Below are positions 1-10,700 of a stretch of 64,000 bases of DNA, one piece after another. The stretch is from Acidiferrobacterales bacterium (GTDB lineage Bacteria > Pseudomonadota > Gammaproteobacteria > Acidiferrobacterales > SPGG2). Made by a program: the position numbers and the translations under genes. The notes below the pieces were generated by a model. It had not been told where the DNA came from, searched no databases, and saw only the letters and a program-made list of their open reading frames with translations. Each line of letters begins with the position of its first letter. Position 1 is the first letter of the stretch. The stretch lies in the NCBI GenBank assembly GCA_964194625.1, contig CAXMNC010000202.1, positions 1,050-65,049 on the forward strand, given 5' to 3'.

Positions 1-669
1 TTTGCTGGCGTCAACTACTACGACGGCCAAGGCTTCATGGTGCGAAAGGACTTGGGCCTGAAGAGTGCGAAAGAGCTTGAAGGTTCTTCGGTTTGCGTGA
101 ACATCGGTACCACGACTGAGTTGAATATGGCCGATTTCTTCCGCGCCAACAGCATGAGCTACAAACCGGTGGTGTTTGAGAAGGCGGACGAAGTGATTGC
201 GGCCTACGACGCCGGTCGTTGCGATGTCTACACGACCGATCGTTCGGCTCTGGCAGCACAACGAATCAAACTGAAGAATCCGGACGCCCACATGGTACTG
301 CCAGAGACCATCTCGAAAGAGCCGCTGGGACCGGTGGTACGCCATGGCGATGACCAGTGGTTGGATATCGTCAAGTGGTCACTGTATGCCATGCTCGAGG
401 CTGAGGAATACGGTGTGACCTCCAAGAACGTCAAAAAGATGAGGAACTCCAAGAACCCGGTCATCAGGCGTCTACTCGGCAAAGAAGGCGACCTGGGCAA
501 AAACCTCGGTCTTGACGCTAAATGGGCGTATAACATCATTAAACAGGTTGGGAACTACGGCGAAACCTATGAGAAACACGTCGGTCCCAACACCCCGGTT
601 GGACTAGCACGTGGCGTAAACGCGCTGTGGACCCAGGGCGGTCTGCAGTATCCGATGCCGGTCCGATAA
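1..669 (+). CDS. aapJ: General L-amino-acid ABC transporter substrate-binding protein, C-terminal 222 codons (5' end outside window)
   Basis: Frame 1 is open from base 1 to TAA 667-669. The product (FAGVNYYDGQGFMVRKDLG...NALWTQGGLQYPMPVR) resembles AapJ/BztA family-3 solute-binding proteins and is followed by matching permease and ATPase genes. Confidence 0.85.
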   Translation, partial: FAGVNYYDGQGFMVRKDLGLKSAKELEGSSVCVNIGTTTELNMADFFRANSMSYKPVVFEKADEVIAAYDAGRCDVYTTDRSALAAQRIKLKNPDAHMVLPETISKEPLGPVVRHGDDQWLDIVKWSLYAMLEAEEYGVTSKNVKKMRNSKNPVIRRLLGKEGDLGKNLGLDAKWAYNIIKQVGNYGETYEKHVGPNTPVGLARGVNALWTQGGLQYPMPVR

Positions 670-705
670 TAAGACGACTGCATCTGTTTTATTTAGTGTG
701 ATCAA

Positions 706-735
706 GACGTGTGTCCGGCTCGCCGGGCACACGTC
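706..735 (+). terminator. Intercistronic GC-rich stem-loop between the binding-protein gene and the first permease gene (attenuator / mRNA-stabilising hairpin)
   Basis: gacgtgtgtccgg-ctcg-ccgggcacacgtc forms a 13-bp stem (one G-U pair) with a 4-nt loop. No U-tract follows, so it is probably partial rather than full termination. Confidence 0.4.
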
Positions 736-781
736 AGCTTGCTTCCCCAGGCTTCTAGGGCAATAACCAAAAAGAGCGACC

Positions 782-1984
782 GTGGCCGCCGAGAAAAAAG
801 AAGCGTCAGTGCTGGCAAAACCGCCAGCCAAACCACCGGTCTGGAATGACCCGCGCTACCGGGCAATGTTCTTCCAGGTGCTCGTGCTGGGCGGCATCAT
901 TATCGCTTGCGTCTTCCTGGTTAATAACACCATTGCCAATCTGGCCAGGCAAGGCATTGCATCCGGTTTCGATTTTCTAGGTAAGACGGCCGGGTTTAGC
1001 ATTTCCATGACGCTTATCGAATATTCGGAGGAAAACACCTACTTTCGCACGTTCTTAGTCAGTGTCATAAACACCCTATTGGTTTCCGTGATTGGTATCG
1101 TATTCGCGACCATCCTTGGCTTCATCGTCGGTGTGGCCCGGCTCTCGAGCAACTGGCTCATCGCCAAGCTGGCCGCCGTCTACATCGAAACACTGCGCAA
1201 TATTCCGTTACTTCTGCAACTGTTCTTCTGGTACTTCGCGGTGCTTCGGGTGTTGCCGGGCCCACGGGATAGCGCCTCAATATTCGATAGCTTCTTTCTC
1301 AACAATCGTGGCCTGTTTTCACCGAAACCGATACTCGAGCCCGGCTTCATGGCGATACCCATCGCCCTGGTGGTTGCCATTGTGGCGATAATTTTCATTG
1401 CACGGTGGGCCCACAAACGCCAAGCGCAGACGGGTCAGCAGTTTCATACCGTTTACGTCGCGCTTGGTATCCTCTTTGGCTTACCGTTGCTGGCGGCAGC
1501 GGTCACCGGCTTCCCGATAAGCTGGGAGATCCCGGTGCTCAAGGGCTTCAACTACCAAGGCGGCATGGAAATGATCCCGGAGTTTGTCGCATTGGTGCTG
1601 GCACTTTCCCTGTACACGGCGACATTTATCGCCGAGATCGTAAGGGCCGGCATCATGGGGGTCAGTCACGGCCAGACGGAAGCGGCCTACGCCGTTGGTC
1701 TCAGGCCGGGTCCAACGTTGCGGTTAATAATCATCCCCCAGGCCTTGCGGATTATTATTCCGCCGCTGACAAGTCAATATTTGAACCTCACCAAGAACTC
1801 GTCATTGGCGGCCGCCATCGCCTACCCCGACCTGGTGTTGGTGTTCGCAGGTACGGCGCTGATGCAGACGGGTCAAGCGGTGGAGATTATCGGTATGACC
1901 ATGGCGGTGTACCTCACCCTCAGTCTGCTGATTGCCGCATTCATGAACTGGTACAACAAGAAAATGGAGCTGGTGGAGCGATAA
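782..1984 (+). CDS. aapQ: General L-amino-acid ABC transporter permease
   Basis: 400-aa polytopic membrane protein with GTG start. It carries the EAA-loop type signature EAAYAVGLRPGPTLRLIIIPQALRIIIPPL typical of polar amino-acid permeases and sits between aapJ-like and aapM-like genes. Confidence 0.85.
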   Translation: MAAEKKEASVLAKPPAKPPVWNDPRYRAMFFQVLVLGGIIIACVFLVNNTIANLARQGIASGFDFLGKTAGFSISMTLIEYSEENTYFRTFLVSVINTLLVSVIGIVFATILGFIVGVARLSSNWLIAKLAAVYIETLRNIPLLLQLFFWYFAVLRVLPGPRDSASIFDSFFLNNRGLFSPKPILEPGFMAIPIALVVAIVAIIFIARWAHKRQAQTGQQFHTVYVALGILFGLPLLAAAVTGFPISWEIPVLKGFNYQGGMEMIPEFVALVLALSLYTATFIAEIVRAGIMGVSHGQTEAAYAVGLRPGPTLRLIIIPQALRIIIPPLTSQYLNLTKNSSLAAAIAYPDLVLVFAGTALMQTGQAVEIIGMTMAVYLTLSLLIAAFMNWYNKKMELVER

Positions 1985-1986
1985 CA

Positions 1987-3711
1987 ATGGAAGAACAAAC
2001 GCGCCATTACGAACCTGGCAAACACCCCGATCTAGCGCCACCGGCGACTACGGTTGGCGCCATCGGCTGGCTGCGCACCAATCTATTTTCGTCGTGGTGG
2101 AACGTCATCCTAAGCATCATCGCGCTTTACATCGTCTATCAGCTCATTCCTCCGGCTATCAAGTGGATATTCATCGATGCCGACTGGGCCGGTAGCACGC
2201 GCGAGGACTGTAGTCGAGAGGGCGCGTGTTGGGTGTTCATCAAGGTCTGGTTTAAGCAGCTCATGTTTGGACGTTATCCGGTTGAAGAGCTATGGCGGGT
2301 ATACACCGCCTACGTGTTGCTGGTGGCGGCGATGATCCCTTTGTTCATCCCACAGTTTCGCTGGAAACACTGGCTCACGTTATTCCTATTGATTATCTAC
2401 CCCGTGATTGCGCTCTATCTATTGAGCGGATTTTCCCGAGACGCCGTCGCGGCATGGCCGTACCGGCTGATGCAGTACTCGGCGTTGGCGTTAGGCATTC
2501 TGGCGTTGCTGCCACTGCTCGGCGTTTGGCGCCAACGAAGCGCCATCGTCGCCATCGTATTGCTGGTGCTGGTGCCCGTATGGGGCCTATCGGCGTCATC
2601 CACGTGGACGGCTGGCTTACTCTACGGTGCCCCCACCTGGGCCGCGGTCATCGGCGTGATACTTGCGATCACAGCGCCGCTTGCGCTGGTGGCCGGCCTG
2701 ATGTTTTCGCCATGGCGTAACATCATCGCCGAGAACTTTTGGAAGTTGTCTATCACCGCCGCCGTGGTCGCCTTTATCGGTTTCATGTTCCCGCTGTGGG
2801 CGTGGCCGGAAATCGCCGGTTCGTCGCCACCCTGGTCGGTACCACTGACCGCGGCCGCATTGGCGCTGGCAGCCGTGTGCCCATGGGCATATGGCGCGCA
2901 GTCGGGTCAAGCCGGGTGGCTGGCACGGTTGTTATTGCCGGTCTATGTGATCATTGCCTATTTCGTGTTTACCGGGCCGCCGGATTTTCTCAACTTCGGC
3001 GCTTTGGATTGGACCGCGAATGCCAAGCCCTTATTCGCCGGTATAAGGGAGGGCGCGTTACCCGAGGTGGAGACACCGTTATGGGGTGGCCTGTTCCTGA
3101 CCCTGGTTATTGCGATCGTAGGCATTGTCGCCTCGTTCCCCATCGGCATCGTGCTGGCGCTAGGCCGGCGTTCCAACATGCCGATTATGCGGGCGGTGTG
3201 TATCGGCTTCATCGAGTTCTGGCGCGGCATACCGTTGATCACGGTGTTGTTCATGTCATCGGTGATGTTTCCGCTGTTCATGCCCGAGGGCATGACGTTC
3301 GATAAATTGTTGCGCGCCTTGATCGGGGTGATGCTGTTCTCGGCCGCGTATATGGCGGAAGTGGTACGCGGCGGGCTACAGGCAATTCCCAGAGGCCAGT
3401 TCGAGGCGGCCGGTGCGCTCGGCTTGAGTTACCCCAAGGTGATGGGCTTCATTATCTTACCGCAGGCGCTCAAGATCGTCATTCCCGGCATCGTGAATAC
3501 GTTCATTGGTCTTTTTAAAGACACGACCTTGGTGCTCATCATCGGGTTGTTCGATTTTCTGGGGATGGCCCAATTGGCGGCTACCAATCCAAACTGGCTT
3601 GGTTTCTCGGTCGAAGGTTATGTCTTTACCGCCTTTGGCTTCTGGCTCTTCTGCTTTAGCATGTCGCGTTATAGCCAGTACCTAGAGAGAAAACTGCACA
3701 CCGGTCACTAG
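1987..3711 (+). CDS. aapM: General L-amino-acid ABC transporter permease, unusually long (574 aa)
   Basis: ATG 1987 lies 3 nt after the aapQ stop; the longer ORF from 1405 overlaps aapQ out of frame. N-terminal GACWVFIKVWFKQLMFGRYP and C-terminal FEAAGALGLSYPKVMGFIILPQALKIVIPGI are AapM/BztC-like. An extra hydrophobic block sits in between. Confidence 0.85.
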   Translation: MEEQTRHYEPGKHPDLAPPATTVGAIGWLRTNLFSSWWNVILSIIALYIVYQLIPPAIKWIFIDADWAGSTREDCSREGACWVFIKVWFKQLMFGRYPVEELWRVYTAYVLLVAAMIPLFIPQFRWKHWLTLFLLIIYPVIALYLLSGFSRDAVAAWPYRLMQYSALALGILALLPLLGVWRQRSAIVAIVLLVLVPVWGLSASSTWTAGLLYGAPTWAAVIGVILAITAPLALVAGLMFSPWRNIIAENFWKLSITAAVVAFIGFMFPLWAWPEIAGSSPPWSVPLTAAALALAAVCPWAYGAQSGQAGWLARLLLPVYVIIAYFVFTGPPDFLNFGALDWTANAKPLFAGIREGALPEVETPLWGGLFLTLVIAIVGIVASFPIGIVLALGRRSNMPIMRAVCIGFIEFWRGIPLITVLFMSSVMFPLFMPEGMTFDKLLRALIGVMLFSAAYMAEVVRGGLQAIPRGQFEAAGALGLSYPKVMGFIILPQALKIVIPGIVNTFIGLFKDTTLVLIIGLFDFLGMAQLAATNPNWLGFSVEGYVFTAFGFWLFCFSMSRYSQYLERKLHTGH

Positions 3712-3755
3712 GCCGACCACCTATAAGCGCCTGAGAAGATTGCGAGGAGGACAGT

Positions 3756-4538
3756 ATGGCCAAAGAGGCACGCAAACCAACCAAACGAATGACCGTCTCT
3801 GGAGAAGTCATGATCCAGATGATCGACGTGCACAAGTGGTATGGGTCTTTCCACGTGCTCAAAGATATCAACGTGACGGTCAACAAGGGCGAGCGTATTG
3901 TCATCTGCGGGCCCTCGGGCTCCGGCAAGTCGACCCTGATCCGCTGCATCAATCGACTCGAAGAACACCAGCGTGGGCAAATCATCATCGAAGGTACCGA
4001 GCTTACCGGTGACCTCAAGCACGTGGAACAAGTCCGGCGCGAAGTCGGCATGGTATTCCAGCAGTTCAATCTTTTTCCCCATCTCACCGCGCTCGAGAAT
4101 GTGTGTCTCGCGCCCATCTGGGTACGCAACATGCCGCGTCGCGAGGCCGAGGAAAGCGCCATGAAACACCTCACGCGCGTAAAAATCCCTGAGCAGGCCA
4201 AGAAGTATCCGGGTCAGCTATCCGGCGGCCAGCAGCAACGCGTCGCTATTGCCCGATCGCTGTGCATGAATCCCAAGTGCATGCTGTTCGACGAACCAAC
4301 ATCGGCGCTCGACCCTGAAATGATCAAGGAGGTGCTGGACGTGATGGTCGAGCTGGCGGAAGACGGCATGACCATGATCTGTGTTACCCATGAGATGGGC
4401 TTTACCAAAGCAGTTGCTAACCGTGTTATTTTCATGGACGAGGGCCAGATCATCGAAGAAAATAACCCGGAAGAGTTCTTTAACAACCCACAGTTCGACC
4501 GTACGAAACTATTCCTCAGTCAGATCCTATCTCACTAA
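3756..4538 (+). CDS. aapP: Amino-acid ABC transporter ATP-binding protein
   Basis: Walker [10 protein letters not shown], signature [13 protein letters not shown], Walker [20 protein letters not shown] Shine-Dalgarno (3744-3750) lies 5 nt upstream of the ATG. Confidence 0.9.
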   Translation: MAKEARKPTKRMTVSGEVMIQMIDVHKWYGSFHVLKDINVTVNKGERIVICGPSGSGKSTLIRCINRLEEHQRGQIIIEGTELTGDLKHVEQVRREVGMVFQQFNLFPHLTALENVCLAPIWVRNMPRREAEESAMKHLTRVKIPEQAKKYPGQLSGGQQQRVAIARSLCMNPKCMLFDEPTSALDPEMIKEVLDVMVELAEDGMTMICVTHEMGFTKAVANRVIFMDEGQIIEENNPEEFFNNPQFDRTKLFLSQILSH

Positions 4539-4625
4539 CGCGTGACCTCGCGCACAACTTCCCATCACAAGTTAGATGGTGCTGGGAGTTTGCGCCTTGG
4601 CTGACAAACACGCCAAGGCGCTGAT

Positions 4626-5306
4626 GTGACGAAGACTGACGTCGACATCGGCAGCTGGTTTGCCACGCCGATAATCACAGTGAAGCTGCCGCAGCGCGAC
4701 GACTTACATCGTGAACTCACCGAACTTTTTCTTAGCAAAGAGAAACAGGGCGACCAGCACCGAAACCCGGATAAAATCGGCACCCAGGTTGGTGACTTGT
4801 TTGAGAGCACCTTTGATCTGTTTAGTTGGCCGGATCCGCCGGTGCAACGGCTGGCCGGTGAGTGCCATCGCGTGTTGCGCGATTTAGTGGGCACCCTAAA
4901 CGGCTATACCAAAGAGCAAATGGACGATTTGGGCTTCCACTATCACTCCTGGTTTCATATCACCCGCTACGGCGGCTATCAGTCTATCCATTACCATCCG
5001 AATGCGTCTTGGTCGGGGATTTATTGTGTTAGCGCCGGTGACAAGGTGGATGATCGCCCTGAAAGTGGCGCCGTCAAGTTCTACGATCCGCGCGCCGCCA
5101 CGTTTATGCACGTCGACCCAGGCAATGAGCGGGTCAACCCCGCCTTCGGAACAACGCCGATTTACCTAGAGCACAAGGAAGGTCAGTTGGTGATATTCCC
5201 CTCTTGGCTCATGCATGAGGTGCTACCGTACATGGGTAAGAGCGAGCGCATCGTTGTCGCGTTCAACGGTTGGATCACAAGAAAAAACAAACGCCAAGCC
5301 GACTAG
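4626..5306 (+). CDS. Hypothetical protein, putative 2OG-Fe(II) oxygenase-like (TIGR02466 / 2OG-FeII_Oxy_5-like)
   Basis: 226-aa ORF with GTG start. HYHPNASWSGIYCV and FPSWLMHEV segments resemble the His-x-Asp/Asn...His facial triad region of this uncharacterised family (recognised from memory only). Confidence 0.5.
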   Translation: MTKTDVDIGSWFATPIITVKLPQRDDLHRELTELFLSKEKQGDQHRNPDKIGTQVGDLFESTFDLFSWPDPPVQRLAGECHRVLRDLVGTLNGYTKEQMDDLGFHYHSWFHITRYGGYQSIHYHPNASWSGIYCVSAGDKVDDRPESGAVKFYDPRAATFMHVDPGNERVNPAFGTTPIYLEHKEGQLVIFPSWLMHEVLPYMGKSERIVVAFNGWITRKNKRQAD

Positions 5307-5443
5307 GCAAGCGTCGACCACCGGCTGCTATACGCGTTCGATGACACCCATTGCCGCAAGCTGAGCAAGCATATCCGTGAGCGTGCTTCGGAATGTTATT
5401 ATTCGATCGCGCGCTAGGTTTGATATTTTGGTGACTAGAAGGT

Positions 5444-7387
5444 TCAGGGTTGGGCTAATTGCGGCAAATCTTTAAACAGATCAAGCGCCTCTGGATTGGC
5501 CAATGCCCCCTTGTTCTTTACGGGTTCGCCATGTACGACGTCGCGCACCGCAAGTTCTACGATTTTACCGCTTTTAGTCCGCGGTATGTCATGTACTTGT
5601 ATCACCTTGGCTGGAACGTGACGGAGAGTTGTATTCCTTCTAATCTGCTCCTTAATCTTGGCAACCAGCGGATCATCGAGCTGTCGGCCATCCCGCAAGC
5701 GCACAAACAGAATGACTCGCACATCGCCCTGCCAGCGCTGACCGACAACTAGGCTCTCAACCACGTCTTCGATCTGTTCCGCCTGTCTGTAAATTTCAGC
5801 TGTACCGATCCGAACGCCGCCAGGATTCAGCACTGCGTCGGAGCGCCCATAGATCACAAGCCCGTCACGTTCGGTCAGCTCTACATAGTCACCGTGACAC
5901 CACACGCCTGGAAAGCGTTCGAAGTAAGCGGCGCGATATTTTTTATCATCGGGGTCATCCCAAAATCCAACCGGCATGGATGGGAACGGCGCTGTACATA
6001 CCAACTCTCCTTTGGCGCCTTTGATTGAGGCCCCCGATTCGTCGAAAACCTCTACTCGCATGCCTAAGCCTCGACATTGCAACTCACCACGCCATACCGG
6101 CAACGTTGGATTGCCGAGTGCGAAACAGGAAATAATGTCAGTGCCACCGGAAATGGAGGACAGGCACACGTCCTTCTTGATTTTCTCGTATACGAAATCA
6201 AAACTCTCGGGCACCAAAGGCGAACCAGTCGACAGTATAGTTTGAAGGGTCTTTAAACTGTGTGTACTGATCGGCTCCAGACCTGCCTTATTCACGCCAT
6301 CGATAAACTTCGCCGACGTCCCAAAAACGGCAATGTCTTCTTGATCGATATAGTCAAATAAAGCGTTTCCGTTTGGATAGAACGGCGCGCCATCATAAAG
6401 CATCAGCGTCGCACCTGATGCTAGTCCCGATACTAGCCAGTTCCACATCATCCAGCCACAGGTTGTAAAGTAGAACAATCGATCAGATGGTTTTATGTCG
6501 ACATGCAGCAAGTGTTCCTTCATATGCTGGATGAGCGTACCACCGGCACCATGTATAATACATTTCGGCACGCCGGTTGTACCCGATGAAAACATGATAT
6601 ACAACGGATGATTAAAAGGTAATTGTTCAAACTTGATCTCACCTGCGTCATAACCAGAAATAAACTCTTGCAGCGTCACGCTATCTGCTATTTCGGGTCG
6701 CGACGATACATAGGGCACCACTACGACTCTTTGCAATGATGGTAAGCGTGCAACGATTTCATTCAGTTTTTGTTGACAGCCGTGAACCTTACCGTTGTAG
6801 AAGTACCCGTCCGGGCTGAACAAAACCTTTGGTTCAATTTGGCCAAATCGGTCGATTACACCCTGTACACCAAAATCAGGTGAACACGAGGACCAAACAG
6901 CACCGATGGCGGCGGTTGCCAGCATTGCACTCACCGCCTCCGGCATGTTCGGCAGATAACCCGCCACTCGATCTCCAGGCCCAACCCCCAAGTCACGTAG
7001 CGCCTGCGTCAGTCGTGATACCTCATCGTAAAGCTCGTCACGACTAACGGATCGCTTTACTTGGTCTTCGCCGCGAAAAATGATTGCGGGCGCAGCATCC
7101 TTCCGTCGCAAAAGGTTCTCCGCAAAGTTCAGGCGGGCCTGTGGAAACCACTGCGCATCCGGCATTGCAGTCCCTTGAAGCACAACGTCGCCTTGACGTT
7201 CGGCGATAATATCGGCAAATGTCCACACGGAGCGCCAAAACCGCTCGGGCTCTTCGATGGACCAATTGTACAAAGCCGCGTAGTCAGAGACTTTCGTATC
7301 CCAATCACGGCTGACGGCGTGCGTGAATGCCGTCAGGTTAGCTTGCGCTACCCGCTCATCGGGAGGTGTCCAAAGTGGCGTGATCAC
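5444..7387 (-). CDS. Acetoacetyl-CoA synthetase (acetoacetate-CoA ligase)
   Basis: 647 aa. N-terminus [21 protein letters not shown]...[12 protein letters not shown] and the AMP-binding motif [16 protein letters not shown] are typical of acetoacetyl-CoA synthetases. Confidence 0.85.
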   Translation of the reverse strand: MITPLWTPPDERVAQANLTAFTHAVSRDWDTKVSDYAALYNWSIEEPERFWRSVWTFADIIAERQGDVVLQGTAMPDAQWFPQARLNFAENLLRRKDAAPAIIFRGEDQVKRSVSRDELYDEVSRLTQALRDLGVGPGDRVAGYLPNMPEAVSAMLATAAIGAVWSSCSPDFGVQGVIDRFGQIEPKVLFSPDGYFYNGKVHGCQQKLNEIVARLPSLQRVVVVPYVSSRPEIADSVTLQEFISGYDAGEIKFEQLPFNHPLYIMFSSGTTGVPKCIIHGAGGTLIQHMKEHLLHVDIKPSDRLFYFTTCGWMMWNWLVSGLASGATLMLYDGAPFYPNGNALFDYIDQEDIAVFGTSAKFIDGVNKAGLEPISTHSLKTLQTILSTGSPLVPESFDFVYEKIKKDVCLSSISGGTDIISCFALGNPTLPVWRGELQCRGLGMRVEVFDESGASIKGAKGELVCTAPFPSMPVGFWDDPDDKKYRAAYFERFPGVWCHGDYVELTERDGLVIYGRSDAVLNPGGVRIGTAEIYRQAEQIEDVVESLVVGQRWQGDVRVILFVRLRDGRQLDDPLVAKIKEQIRRNTTLRHVPAKVIQVHDIPRTKSGKIVELAVRDVVHGEPVKNKGALANPEALDLFKDLPQLAQP

Positions 7388-7720
7388 TGGTGCCTGTCCT
7401 CTTCCGTCAATGCGAGAATCTGCCGCGGCTCGGGGCCATTCGGGGTCGACTTAACACGGCGCGTGTAAGATTCTACCAAGGGTATCGATCATGACCAGGC
7501 CCATGGCCTCTCAGCGCCAACGCTAGACTCGGGGCCGTCATTGGCCGATACACATCCCGTATGGTCGGCCCACACACTCTACGAAGGTATCAGTCGTAGG
7601 CAAATGGCCCTATTTGCTGACGACTTCGCCTATGCGGTGGAAGTTTTTTTCGCCATTATCCATAATGATTTCCGCTAACAAGAACAGGGGGCATCAACCT
7701 GCCGGCAAACGGAGAAAGAA

Positions 7721-10700
7721 ATGTCGCTACAACCATCGGGCAGAACCGCCGAACTCATCGACAAGCTAGTTTCACATGCCCAGAAGAAACTACCCAAAGG
7801 ACAAACCAAACAGGTAGAAGCGTTTCTGCGCCAATACTACCTTTGGGTGTCGCCGGGCGATCTATTAAAGCAAGATATCCTCGATCTTAGCGGCGCCGCA
7901 TTGGCCCATTGGCAGTTGGCGCGCCAACGCTCACCGGGCGAAGCAAAGGTCCGGGTCTACAATCCACAATTCGAAAAACATGGTTGGCAATCCTCCCACA
8001 CGATCGTCGAGATCGTCACCGACGATATGCCCTTTCTCGTCGATTCTGCGTCCATGGCGCTGAATCGTTATGGACTCACTATACATCTAACCATCCACCC
8101 CGTCGTGTCCGTGCGCCGCAGCGCCCAAGGCAAGCTGCTCGACATATTACCAGTGGCCGAAAGCAAGGATGGGACAGCAGAGTCCTTTATGCACTTTCAA
8201 ATAGACAAACAGACCGAGACGCCGGTATTGGAGAAGCTGGCGACCGAAATTCGACTTGTACTCGACGATGTGAATCGGGCATGCACGGATTGGAAGGCCA
8301 TACGCGAGAAGGTGCTCGATATCATACGTGAACTGGATGAAAATCCCCCGCCGCTCGCCAAAGATGAAATCGAAGAAGCGCAGACATTCTGTCGATGGAT
8401 CGAGGGCGATCACTTTACGTTCTTGGGATATTGTGAATACGACCTCAAAAAGGCGAATGGTCAACTTCAACTTGCGTCTGGGTCCACATTGGGAATCCTA
8501 AGAGGCTCGCAGAAAGAAACATTCTCGGTACTACCGACAGAAACGCAAGAGTACGGTCGTTCGAAACAACTTCTTGTCGTCGCCAAGGCAAGCTCTCGCG
8601 CTACGGTGCATCGTCCGGTGTATATGGATTTCATCGGCGTTAAGCGTTTCGATGCCAAGGGTAAACCGAATGGTGAGCACTGCATTCTCGGACTCTTCAC
8701 CTCTGCGGCATATAGACGAAATCCACGTAAGATTCCGTTTTTGCGTCAAAAGACCAAGCGGATAATGGATCGCTCCAAATTGCTATCGAACAGCCACGCC
8801 GGTAAGGCGCTGCAGAACGTTATCGAAACCTATCCGCGTGATACCTTGTTCCAGATATCCGAGGACGAATTGTTTAGTAGCGCGATGGGAATCCTGGAGT
8901 TGCAGGAGCGCCAACGCATTCGCTTGTTCGTCAGCCGTGATGCCTACGCTCGCTTCTACTCATGCATGGTTTACGTGCCACGTGAACGCTACAACCGTGA
9001 GTTGCGCATGCGTATTCAGGGGATCTTGTTAGAAGCGTTCAGTGGGATAGGCGTCGAGTTCGATACGTTGTTCTCCGAATCTATTTTGGCGCGGATTCAC
9101 TACGTGGTCCATACGGATCCTACCAGCCGCATCGATTATGACGTCAACGAGGTTGAGGCGCGTATTATCGAGGCGGCACGATCATGGCAAGACAATCTAC
9201 GTGACACTTTGACCGAGCGCTATGGCGAAGAGAAAGGCAACGTGCTGTTGCGAAACTATGGCGATGCGTTTCCGGGTGGCTATCGTGAAGACTTTGCGGC
9301 GCGAACTGCTGCCATAGACATCGAACGTATGGAATCTATCCGTGATACCGACGAGTTGGGGATTTCGTTCTACAGACCGTTGGTCGAAACTGAAGGTGGT
9401 GTTCGCTTGAAGCTATTCTCTAGCGGCAAACCTATCCCGCCTTCGGACGCCTTACCGATGATTGAAAACATGGGGCTAAAGGTGGTCGGAGAGCGTCCTT
9501 ACGAGATTAGGCGTCGAGATGGGAGTCCCGTATGGATCCATGAGTTCAATATGGTCCACACCCAAGGCCTCGAGGTCGATCTCGATGAAGTTGGCGAGAC
9601 ATTCCAAGACGCATTCGCCCGTGTCTGGCGCGGTTTAATTGAAAATGACGGCTTCAATCGACTCGTGCTTAGCGCCGGGTTGAGTTGGCGTGGGACTGTG
9701 GTGTTACGAGCCTACTGTAAATATCTCTTACAAATTCGTGTGCCCTTTAGTCGCACCTACATGGTGGAAACACTTACTAACCATTCGAATATCGCTCGTT
9801 TGCTCGTTGATTTATTCCGCGCGCGATTTGATCCGGCGCGCGTTGACCAAGCCGAAGCCCGGGTGGCCGATCTGCTCTCTCAGATTGAACAACATATCGA
9901 CTCGGTCGCTAGTCTAGATGAGGATCGTATCCTCCGTAGCTTCTTAAACGTAATCCAGGCGACACTACGTACGAACTTTTTTCAAAAGCAAAGTGACGGC
10001 CAACCAAAACCATATTTGTCGTTCAAGCTCGATCCCGACCGTATTGACAACATGCCACTGCCAAAACCGATGTTCGAGATCTTCGTGTTTTCGCCGCGAA
10101 CCGAAGCACTACATCTTCGTGGTGGCAAAGTTGCCCGTGGTGGACTGCGCTGGTCGGATCGGCGTGAGGATTTCCGCACAGAGGTGTTGGGGCTCATGAA
10201 GGCCCAGATGGTTAAGAACGCAGTGATCGTGCCCGTTGGATCAAAGGGTGGCTTTGTCGTTAAACAACCACCGGTTGGTGGTGATCGTGAATCGCTCGCA
10301 AAAGAGGTTGTGGCCTGCTACACAACTTTCATCTCCGGCATGCTCGACATTACCGACAACCTGCAGGGCGGTGCAGTAGTTCCGCCCAAAGATGTGGTGC
10401 GGTACGACGAAGATGACCCCTACCTGGTGATCGCGGCTGACAAGGGTACTGCCACGTTTTCTGATATCGCCAATGGCGTGGCGAAGGACTACGGGCTCTG
10501 GCTCGGCGATGCCTTCGCCTCTGGTGGTTCCGCTGGCTACGACCATAAGAAGATGGGCATCACGGCGCGCGGGGGTTGGGAGTCGGTGAAGCGACACTTC
10601 CGAGAATTGGGTATCGACATCCAGAGTACAGACTTCACCGTGATGGGGATTGGCGACATGGCTGGCGACGTGTTCGGCAACGGCATGTTGTTGTCTAGAC

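Noticed and set aside
1405-1986. A 194-codon N-terminal extension of the aapM ORF (ORF track 1405..3711).
   Set aside because: It overlaps aapQ out of frame and translates to Arg/Gly/Pro-rich low-complexity sequence. A proper ATG sits 3 nt after the aapQ stop. I reasoned the same way in trimming the ORFs at 15377..16615, 17472..19082, 38196..40232, 40121..42079, 42039..42638, 51067..51810, 51780..53183, 53217..53945, 57245..59767 and 61919..62599 to internal starts with an RBS or stop/start overlaps.
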